64,000 nucleotides of DNA, taken from Gammaproteobacteria bacterium. GTDB lineage: Bacteria > Pseudomonadota > Gammaproteobacteria > Ga0077536. The notes beneath the pieces were generated by a model that saw only the letters and a program-made list of their open reading frames with translations, made no database searches and had not been told where the DNA came from. The stretch lies in the NCBI GenBank assembly GCA_050247235.1, contig JBFWUN010000012.1, positions 16,514 to 80,513 of the forward strand, given 5' to 3'. Each line of letters begins with the position of its first letter. Positions within the stretch are counted from its first letter, which is position 1. The position numbers and the translations under genes are program-made. Of the stretch, positions 29,249 to 36,986 are shown piece by piece.

Positions 29249-32200
29249 CGCATTGCACGACGCGGCGGCACGTGCCACCGCGTGCGATCCGACGTACTCC
29301 TGCATCGTGGAAGCGGCGGCAGGTTCGGGCAAGACAGCGCTGCTGACCCAACGGTTTCTCGCGCTGCTCGCACGCGTCGCGGCGCCGGAGGAGATCGTCG
29401 CGATCACGTTCACGCGCAAGGCCGCGGCCGAGATGCGCGCCCGCGTGCTGAAAGCCTTCGCGCTCGCCGCTGCGCCGCCCGCTGGCGACGAGCCGGCACG
29501 CACACTGCAGATGCTCGCCCGCGCCGCGGTGGCACGCGATGCCGACGCGGGCTGGCGGCTACGCGAGAATCCTGCGCGTCTGCGCATCATGACAATCGAC
29601 GCGTTGACCGGCGCGCTCGTCCGGCGTCTGCCGCTGCAGTCCGGGCTGGTGCCGGGGTCCGCGCTCGGCGAGGACCCGCGCGAACTCTACCGTCTTGCCG
29701 CGCGTCGCACCTTGCTGATCGCCGAGGACGAGGACGAGGACGGCGAATGGCGCCGCGCGGTCCGCGCGGTACTCGCCGATCACGACAACGACTGGCGCCG
29801 CCTCGAGGAGCGCATCGTGGACCTGCTCGCCCGGCGCGACCAATGGCTCGACGCGGTGGTGGGCACACCTTCGCGCGACGCGCTCGACGCCGCCCGGAGG
29901 CAGCTCATCGAACGCGATTTCACTTCGATGGTGCGCGAATGCCCGGCGCTGTTGCACGAGCGGCTCGTCGAACTCGCGCGCTGGATCGGGCAGTCCGTCG
30001 CCATGCGCGATCCCGCCGCCCCGGAGGCGGATCTCGCGACGTTCGCCGGGCTCCCGGGCGAAGTCGCGCGGTGGTGCTGCCTGGCGCAGGCGGTGCTGAA
30101 GCAGGACGGCGGGATCTACCGCCGGATCCCGAAAGCGCTGGAACCGGGACGCGAATCGGACCTTGCCGCATTCCGCGCGGCATGGCGCGCGCTGGCCGAG
30201 GCGCTGGACGCCGCGCCGGGATGGCACGCGCGATTCGCCGCGCTGCGCCGGCTGCCGGCGCTGCGTTACGGTGACCGCGAATACGTCCGTCTCGGGCACC
30301 TGCTCACCCTGCTGCGTCTCGCGGTCGCCCAGTGGCGGCTCGTCAGCGCCGAAGTCGGGACGATCGACTTCACCGAACAGGCGCTCGCGGCCGTGACCGC
30401 GCTCGGCAGCGACGAGGCGCCAAGCGATCTCGCGCTGGCGCTCGATTACCGGCTCGCGCACCTGCTGATCGACGAGTTCCAGGACACCTCGCGCAGCCAG
30501 TACGCCCTGCTCGAGCGACTCGTCGCGGGCTGGACCGGCGCCGACGGACGCACGCTGTTCCTGGTGGGCGACCCGATGCAATCCATCTATCGCTTCCGCG
30601 ACGCGGACGTGAACCTCTTCCAGGCGACGCTCGCGGCGCGGCGCTTTGCCCAGGTGCCGCTCGCGGCGCTGCGACTCACTGCCAATTTCCGCACGTGCCC
30701 GCGGGTTCTCGGCTGGTTGAACGACTCGCTTGCCCGTACGTTCGCGCAGGCGGATCGCGCGTTGCCGACGTTTCACCCGTTTCAGGCCACGCGCGAGGAC
30801 GACGTGCTCGCGGAAGTTGCCGTGCATGCCGTGTCGGCCGACGCGGTGGCAGCGCGCGCGATCGGGATCATCGAACGCACCTGGGCGCGTGCGCCCGAAG
30901 CGACGATTGCGATCCTCGTGCGCAGCCGTGCGCACCTGGGTACGCTGCCGCGTGCGCTCGCGTCCGCCGGCATTCCGCTCGCGACCAACGACATCGACGC
31001 GCTCGGCGCAATCCCGTGCGTGAACGACCTCGCGGCGCTGACGCGTGCGCTGGCGGATCCGGCGGACCGCACCGCCTGGTTCGCAGTGCTGCGGGCGCCG
31101 TGGTGCGGATTGCCGCTCGTCTGCCTGCGCGAAGTGGCGGGTGACGCGCGCGATGGCCTCGTGTGGACACGGATTGCCGAACCGACGTGTGGCGCCGGCT
31201 GGCCTGCGGCTGAACGGGCACGACTCGCGCGCGTGCGCACGGTATTCGGTCATGCTTTCGCGGCACGCGGCCGGCAGTCGCACGCGCGGCTCGTCGAATC
31301 CACGTGGCACGCGCTCGGTGGTCCGGCAACGCTCGGCGATCCCGCGGAACTGCGCCACGTTCATCGCTTCCTGGCGCTCGTCGCAGCGCTCGAAACCGCC
31401 GACGAACCGCTCACGGGACCGCGCCTCGCGAGTCGCATCGCCGAGGAGTTTGCGCCGTTTCCGCGCCAGGACGGGCGCGCGGTGGAGGTCATGACCGTGC
31501 ATCGCGCGAAAGGCCTGGAGTTCGACGTGGTGCTGCTGCCCGAACTCCAGCGCGCCGTCCAGCGCGAACCGCACTCGTTGCTGCAGGGCCATGCGGTCGC
31601 CGGCGTGCCGCCGCTGTTCGCCACGCCACCGCCGGTCGGCGCCGACGGCGACGCTGGAGACGACGCGCTGTACGAATTCCTGCGTGACGCGGCAAAAGCC
31701 TCGCTGGCGGATGAAGGATACCGATTGCTGTACGTCGCGCTGACGCGTGCGCGTCGCGCGCTGCACCTGTTCTGTGCACCGCCCGAACCGGGTCGAGTAC
31801 CGCGCCGCGACAGTTTTCTCGGCATGCTGTGGCCAGCGCTCGCAGATGCCGTCATCGCGACTGCGCCGGCGCCGGACGCGGCGGCCGCGCCGGTCACGCG
31901 ACACGCCGCACGGCGCGTGGTGGAACAGGCACTGCCGCCGCCGGCGCAGCTGCCGCGACATCCGGTGCAACGCGTCCCCGTGCCGTTCGAGTGGGCGAGC
32001 CCGCTCGCCAAACCCATCGGCACCGTCACCCACGCGTTCCTGCAGGCCATGGCCGAAGGCGGCGCTTTCGCGTTGCCGACCTCGGCGGCGATGCAGGCGC
32101 GCCTGCGTGCACTCGGGCTCCGCGGGCGCGAGATCATCCAGGCGGAACGTGAAGTCGCCCGCGCACTGGCCGCCACGCGCGACAGTCCGCGCGGCCGCTG

Positions 32201-32513
32201 GCTGTTCGACCCCACACACCGCGAGGCACGCAGCGAGTACCGGATTACGGCACTGCGCGAAGGTCGCGTGACCGACGTGATCGTCGACCGTACGTTCGTG
32301 ACGGCGGCGGGCGTGCGGTGGATCGTGGACTTCAAGACGAGCGCGCACGAGGGCGGGGATCTCGCTGCGTTCATGGCGTCCGAAGTGGAACGCTACCGGC
32401 CGCAGCTCGAGGCGTATGCCCGCGTATTCGCCGCGCTGTCCCCGCAACCCATCATGCTCGGCCTGTACTATCCGCGACTCGATGCCTGGCGCGAGTGGCC
32501 GGCGCCGGGCTGA
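29238..32513 (+). CDS. AddA/RexA-like UvrD helicase-nuclease
   Basis: AAAGSGKT, FTRKAAAEMR, IDEFQDTS, VGDPMQSIYRFR, TVHRAKGLEFD, LYVALTRAR, C-terminal IVDR...WIVDFKT; overlaps the upstream stop. Confidence 0.9.
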   Translation: MTPDALHDAAARATACDPTYSCIVEAAAGSGKTALLTQRFLALLARVAAPEEIVAITFTRKAAAEMRARVLKAFALAAAPPAGDEPARTLQMLARAAVARDADAGWRLRENPARLRIMTIDALTGALVRRLPLQSGLVPGSALGEDPRELYRLAARRTLLIAEDEDEDGEWRRAVRAVLADHDNDWRRLEERIVDLLARRDQWLDAVVGTPSRDALDAARRQLIERDFTSMVRECPALLHERLVELARWIGQSVAMRDPAAPEADLATFAGLPGEVARWCCLAQAVLKQDGGIYRRIPKALEPGRESDLAAFRAAWRALAEALDAAPGWHARFAALRRLPALRYGDREYVRLGHLLTLLRLAVAQWRLVSAEVGTIDFTEQALAAVTALGSDEAPSDLALALDYRLAHLLIDEFQDTSRSQYALLERLVAGWTGADGRTLFLVGDPMQSIYRFRDADVNLFQATLAARRFAQVPLAALRLTANFRTCPRVLGWLNDSLARTFAQADRALPTFHPFQATREDDVLAEVAVHAVSADAVAARAIGIIERTWARAPEATIAILVRSRAHLGTLPRALASAGIPLATNDIDALGAIPCVNDLAALTRALADPADRTAWFAVLRAPWCGLPLVCLREVAGDARDGLVWTRIAEPTCGAGWPAAERARLARVRTVFGHAFAARGRQSHARLVESTWHALGGPATLGDPAELRHVHRFLALVAALETADEPLTGPRLASRIAEEFAPFPRQDGRAVEVMTVHRAKGLEFDVVLLPELQRAVQREPHSLLQGHAVAGVPPLFATPPPVGADGDAGDDALYEFLRDAAKASLADEGYRLLYVALTRARRALHLFCAPPEPGRVPRRDSFLGMLWPALADAVIATAPAPDAAAAPVTRHAARRVVEQALPPPAQLPRHPVQRVPVPFEWASPLAKPIGTVTHAFLQAMAEGGAFALPTSAAMQARLRALGLRGREIIQAEREVARALAATRDSPRGRWLFDPTHREARSEYRITALREGRVTDVIVDRTFVTAAGVRWIVDFKTSAHEGGDLAAFMASEVERYRPQLEAYARVFAALSPQPIMLGLYYPRLDAWREWPAPG

Positions 32514-32557
32514 TCCGAACCCGCGGGCGGATCAGACCGCGGCGCGACACCACGCAT

Positions 32558-33199
32558 TCAGCCGGGACCGGCCCGGCGTCGCCGCCGCGCCAGCGCGAAC
32601 AGGCCGGCTCCGAACAGCCAGCCGGCGGCGGGTGCCGGCACCGCGCTGATCGCGGCCACCCGGCCATGCAGCGTGAAGTCATCCAGGCGCCACGTCCCGA
32701 GCGACGAGCTGGCGCCAGTGGCAGCGAGCAGGAGCTCCACCGGCCCGGTGCGGTCCGGCAGTTCGAGTGCGATGAGGCTCGAGGTGTACGTGCTGGTGGT
32801 CGCCCCGGTTGCAAGAACCGCATCGCCTGCCTTCATCTCCCAGGTGGCGGGACCGGTCGCCGTTGCGCTCTGCATGAACTCGAGCGTGTCCAACGTCAGC
32901 GCGAAGCCGGCGGCGGGTGTCAGGGTGAGGCGCAGGGTGTTGCCGTCGTGGAATGATCGCGCACTCATCGCGAATCCGGGTGTCCGGGAGACGCTGCGCA
33001 AGGTTCCGTCCGTGTCTTCCCAGGCGTCGACCTGCAGCCCGGTCGCGACGTCCTCGGGCGCGAGACTGAACGCACCGGACGGGTCTTCGAAGTCGAACCG
33101 CGCGAGCAGCGCGGCCGAGGCACCCGTCCAGGGTACGCTGCCGATGAGCGTGGTGAAGGCGAGTGCGCACGCGCGCCGCCGGGTCGATCTCACTTCCAT
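32558..33199 (-). CDS. PEP-CTERM/VPLPA-CTERM type surface protein (VPAPA variant)
   Basis: Signal peptide, Ser/Thr/Gly-rich body, C-terminal AVPAPAAGWLFGAGLFALARRRRR sorting signal. Confidence 0.85.
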   Translation of the reverse strand: MEVRSTRRRACALAFTTLIGSVPWTGASAALLARFDFEDPSGAFSLAPEDVATGLQVDAWEDTDGTLRSVSRTPGFAMSARSFHDGNTLRLTLTPAAGFALTLDTLEFMQSATATGPATWEMKAGDAVLATGATTSTYTSSLIALELPDRTGPVELLLAATGASSSLGTWRLDDFTLHGRVAAISAVPAPAAGWLFGAGLFALARRRRRAGPG

Positions 33200-33376
33200 G
33201 TGGATTTCCTCGTTCTGTTGGGATGGTAGGCGGTCTCCCCGGGCACCTCCTGTGCCCGGACGACGGTCAGCCTACGGGCGGCGCGACACGGTCCGCAATG
33301 CCGGCAGGCGCGAAGGAAACCATGGATTCTTCCCGCCGGTGCGGCGGCAGGTGGTCCGCGCGGCGAACGGCCGCAG

Positions 33377-34789
33377 CTACCGCCGGGCCTGGGGTTCGCC
33401 GACCTGTCCGCTGGCAAAACTCACCAGCAGCGAGGCCGGACCGCTCTCGATGCGGTGGATGAGCTCGGTCTGACGGTTGATGCCCGTCTTGTGGAAGATG
33501 TGCTTCAGGTGCGTGCGGGCGGTGTTGACGGAGATCTCGAGTTCCTCCGCGGCCTCGTCAAGCGTCATGCCGTTGGTCATGAACTGCACCAGCTTGGCCT
33601 CGGTATGCGTGAGTCCGTACAGTCCGGTCAGCACGTCGAACGAGACCTGGCGCGGGCTCGCCGTGTCGAACAGGTAGACGAGGATCTGCACATCCGACTC
33701 CGCACCGCCGACAGCGGGGACCGGCGCCACCACCAGTTCGACATGTTCACGCGACATCGGCGCGCGCACGAACATCGCACCGCTCGCCTCGTCTTGACCC
33801 GCACGCGCACGCGCCGCGGCGGTCTCCACGAGTTCCTTCAGGCGCAGGTCGAATTGCCGATCGGTCAGGGTCAGCGTGTCGTTGCGGATCTCGACGCCAC
33901 GATGGCGCCCCAGTGCGTCACGGGCGCTGCGGTTCAGGTGGCGCACCCGCAGGTCCGCGCCCACGATGAGGACGCCGTGGCTGACCGCATCGAGCGCGCG
34001 CACGAGCGCTCGCTCGGAGGAACGCGGCTCGAGCCGGCCCGTGAGCCTGGCGCCGGTCACGAGTTTCAGGGCCACGCCGAACACGCGGCCACGCGAGTCG
34101 TAGAGCGGCGTGAGCGCGTCCGTGCAGGGATCGCTGCCACCGAAGCGCCCACCCTGCGGGCGGACGAGATTCTCCTCGGTAGCCTCGTGCGTCACGCGGC
34201 GGACAATCTCGGTCGCCTGCGCGAGCGGCATGTCGTAGAGGACCGCCAGCAGATCTGCCAGCGGCCGGCCGAGCACCTGTCGGCGTTGCCAGCCGATGAT
34301 GTACTCGGCCGAGTTGTTCACGAAGCCGACGCGACCCTCCGTGTCGGCCGTGATCACCCCGTCCGTCGGACGTTCATCGGGCGCTGCACTCGGCGCGGGC
34401 ATCGCCGCCGTCAGTGGCGGATCCCGGTGCAGCGCCATGTCGATCGCGGTGAGCAGATCCTTGGTCGTGAACGGCTTGTTGATGAAACCCGCGGGTCGGG
34501 TGGAGCGCGCACGCTCGAGCAGCTTGGTGTCGACGTGCGCGGAGATGTAGATGACCGGAATATCGTGGCGCGCACGGATCCGCTGGGCCGTCTCGATCCC
34601 GTCCATGCCCTCTCCGAGGCGCACGTCCATCAGGATCAGATCCGGTTTGAGCTCGGCGGCCTTCTCGATCGCCTCGAAACCGTCTTTCGCGATCGCGGAG
34701 ACATCGTAGCCCAGCCCACGCAACCGGAGTTTCAGCGCGCCCGCCACCGCGCGCTGATCCTCGACGATCATGATCTGTTCGCGCGCCAT
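33377..34789 (-). CDS. Response regulator REC-PAS-(PAS-like)-LuxR HTH
   Basis: IMIVEDQ...LILMDVRL...FINKPF; DGVITADTEGRVGFVNNSAE PAS; LTHTEAKLV...GMTLDEAAEELEISVNTARTHLKHIFHK HTH. Confidence 0.88.
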   Translation of the reverse strand: MAREQIMIVEDQRAVAGALKLRLRGLGYDVSAIAKDGFEAIEKAAELKPDLILMDVRLGEGMDGIETAQRIRARHDIPVIYISAHVDTKLLERARSTRPAGFINKPFTTKDLLTAIDMALHRDPPLTAAMPAPSAAPDERPTDGVITADTEGRVGFVNNSAEYIIGWQRRQVLGRPLADLLAVLYDMPLAQATEIVRRVTHEATEENLVRPQGGRFGGSDPCTDALTPLYDSRGRVFGVALKLVTGARLTGRLEPRSSERALVRALDAVSHGVLIVGADLRVRHLNRSARDALGRHRGVEIRNDTLTLTDRQFDLRLKELVETAAARARAGQDEASGAMFVRAPMSREHVELVVAPVPAVGGAESDVQILVYLFDTASPRQVSFDVLTGLYGLTHTEAKLVQFMTNGMTLDEAAEELEISVNTARTHLKHIFHKTGINRQTELIHRIESGPASLLVSFASGQVGEPQARR

Positions 34790-34844
34790 TCGCTCAGCGG
34801 GGTGGTCGACGGGGCGCGCCGCCCGGGCTACTTCCTTGCGTCAT

Positions 34845-35861
34845 TCAATGGTCGTCCCTGAATTGTCGCTGCAGCATCTCGCGGCGCTCCTGCGCGTCCA
34901 CGGTCAGCGTGGCGATTGGTCGTGCTTCGAGGCGCCCCAGGCCGATTTCCTCCCCGGTCTCCTCGCAGTACCCGTAGCTCCCGTCTTCGATGCGCTTCAA
35001 TGCCTGATCAATCTTGTTCAGCAGCTTGCGGTAGCGGTCACGGGTGCGCAGTTCGAGAATGTTGTCACTCTCGCGGCTCGCACGTTCCGCCTCGTCGCCC
35101 ACGTCGCGTGTCTCGGTCCGCAGGTGTTCGAGGGTTTCCTGTGATTCCAGAATCAGTTCCTGGCGCCAGTTCAGCAGTTTCTGCTTGAAATAGGCCAGAT
35201 GCAGCGGGCACATGTACTCTTCGTTGGGCGAAGGACGGTACCCCTCGGGTAGTTTGATCTCGTCCAGATTGATTACCTTGCGTACCGGGCTCGCGGCCTT
35301 GGCGGCAGGTTTGGCTGCCTTCCTGACCGGCTCCGTCTTGGGTTTCTTGTCTGCCGGGAGCGTACCCGGCGCGTTCGCCGTTCCCTTGGCAGGCGCCGCC
35401 GGAGCAGGGGCCGGTGCAGGGACGGTTGGTGTTTTACGGGCCGCCGGTTTGCGCACGGTCACGGGTGCCGCCGGCGGCGGTGCCGGCGCCTTTTTCGGAG
35501 CCGCGGCCTTGGCGGGTACCGCCGCAGGTTTCGCGGTCTTCGGCGCGGGCGCCCTGATGGCGCTTTTCGCCGCCGGTTTGACCGGCGGCGCAGCTTTCCG
35601 GGCCGCCGGCTTCGCTGCCGCGGCCTTGCGCGTGGTTGCCGCACGCGCCGGCGCGGTTTTCGCGGTCCGGCTCGCGCCCTTCGTCGGGGACTTGGCTTTC
35701 GGCGCCTTCGCCGCGGCCTTCTTGGCGACCGTCCTGGCCGCGGACTTCGCGGCCGCCTTGCGGGCCGCGGTGGGCGCTGCCTTGGCCGCGGTCTTCTTCT
35801 TGCCGGGCGTCGCTGGCCGCGTGGTCTTGGCGGTCGATGCCTTGACTTTGGGTTTCGCCAC
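34845..35861 (-). CDS. dksA: RNA polymerase-binding factor DksA with long Lys/Ala/Pro-rich N-terminal tail
   Basis: C-terminal YM..LHLAYFKQKLLNWR...DEAERAS...ELRTRDRYRKLLNKIDQALKRIEDGSYGYCEETGEEIGLGRLEARP; GGAGG RBS before GTG 35861. Confidence 0.93.
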   Translation of the reverse strand: MAKPKVKASTAKTTRPATPGKKKTAAKAAPTAARKAAAKSAARTVAKKAAAKAPKAKSPTKGASRTAKTAPARAATTRKAAAAKPAARKAAPPVKPAAKSAIRAPAPKTAKPAAVPAKAAAPKKAPAPPPAAPVTVRKPAARKTPTVPAPAPAPAAPAKGTANAPGTLPADKKPKTEPVRKAAKPAAKAASPVRKVINLDEIKLPEGYRPSPNEEYMCPLHLAYFKQKLLNWRQELILESQETLEHLRTETRDVGDEAERASRESDNILELRTRDRYRKLLNKIDQALKRIEDGSYGYCEETGEEIGLGRLEARPIATLTVDAQERREMLQRQFRDDH

Positions 35862-35946
35862 GCGCGCTTCCTCCAATCAGTTTCGCTAGTCGTTGCGAGC
35901 GATTATCCGCTAAACCTAAAAAACTGCTTTATGTTCAGCGGATGGC

Positions 35947-35975
35947 ACGATAATCATTTTCAGGTATCAACGCAA
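35947..35975 (-). promoter_or_regulatory. Sigma70-type promoter of dksA
   Basis: Minus strand TTGCGT, 17 nt, TATCGT, followed by GCCATCC. Confidence 0.55.
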
Positions 35976-36093
35976 CGAGTGAGAAAGCCTCCTGGGGGCG
36001 GGCTCGCGGACGCGTGCAGGCCGGTGCGCGGGCGCGTGAACCGCGTCGCGCAAGCACGCACCGCTGGCGGGGATCGCGCGCCTCGGGGCCGCT

Positions 36094-36122
36094 TCCACAC
36101 CTCCGTGTGCATTTAGTAGTAT
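36094..36122 (+). promoter_or_regulatory. Putative sigma70 promoter of the cytochrome c pair
   Basis: TCCACA, 17 nt, TAGTAT in an AT-enriched patch. Confidence 0.4.
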
Positions 36123-36235
36123 TCGCGCACCATCGGGGCGCTGACTGGGAGACAGACCCCGCTGTCCACCCAAAGAATTATGTTGCGGTCCGGAACAGCC
36201 CCACGGGGCATGCCGGCGTCGAGGAGCCATCAAGA

Positions 36236-36562
36236 ATGACGAAGCGGTTTTCCTGTGGGCTGGTCACCAGCCTGCTCATCGCACACGCATCCATCGCGGC
36301 CGCCGAGGGGGACGCCACGGCCGGACGCCTCGCCGCCGAGACCTGCATCGGATGCCATGGGGTCGAAGGCTATTTCAATGTCTATCCCTCGTACCACGTG
36401 CCGAAGATCGGCGGACAGAATGCAGGCTACCTGGCCGCCGCACTGAAGGCGTATCGCGATGGCAGCCGCAAGCACGACACCATGCACGCGAACGCGGTGA
36501 GCCTGTCGGACAAGTCGATCGAAGACATCTCCGCCTATTTCGCTTCCCAGGGCTCCAAGTAA
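36236..36562 (+). CDS. Monoheme cytochrome c (c4/c554-like)
   Basis: Signal peptide, CIGCH heme motif, PKIGGQNAGYLAAALKAYRDG, distal Met (DTMHA). Confidence 0.92.
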   Translation: MTKRFSCGLVTSLLIAHASIAAAEGDATAGRLAAETCIGCHGVEGYFNVYPSYHVPKIGGQNAGYLAAALKAYRDGSRKHDTMHANAVSLSDKSIEDISAYFASQGSK

Positions 36563-36614
36563 CCCATCAGCGGCTGGCCCCGCCCGCCTCAAACCGATCC
36601 CGGAGACATCCAGC

Positions 36615-36968
36615 ATGACACTGCGCCCGTTCCTCCTTGCTTGTGGAGTTGCCCTCGCGTCCGGCGCGACGTGGGCGAACGAACCCGCCGCCGCGACCGA
36701 CGGCCCCTCGTTCGATGACAAGCTCGCTGCCTGCGCAGCCTGCCACGGCGAGAATGGCGCGAAACCGATCATGCCGGAATACCCGATTCTCGCCGGCCAG
36801 CACGCGGATTACCTTGCCGCGTCGCTGCGTCATTACCGCGACGGCCGCCGCAACAATCCCATCATGGCCTCGCAGCTCCAGGCGCTGCAGCTCACCGACG
36901 CGGAGATCGAGCGCCTCGCCGCCCATTTCGCCGCCCAGCAGAGCGGACTGACTTCGCTCCCTCGCTGA
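36615..36968 (+). CDS. Monoheme cytochrome c (c4/c554-like)
   Basis: Signal peptide, CAACH motif, PILAGQHADYLAASLRHYRDG, distal Met (PIMAS). Confidence 0.92.
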   Translation: MTLRPFLLACGVALASGATWANEPAAATDGPSFDDKLAACAACHGENGAKPIMPEYPILAGQHADYLAASLRHYRDGRRNNPIMASQLQALQLTDAEIERLAAHFAAQQSGLTSLPR

Positions 36969-36986
36969 TTCCGCGCTGAGCGCACG

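Noticed and set aside
35950-35975. FNR box near the cytochrome c / dksA divergent region
   Set aside because: Only one ATCAA half-site; the TTGAT half is missing at the correct spacing.
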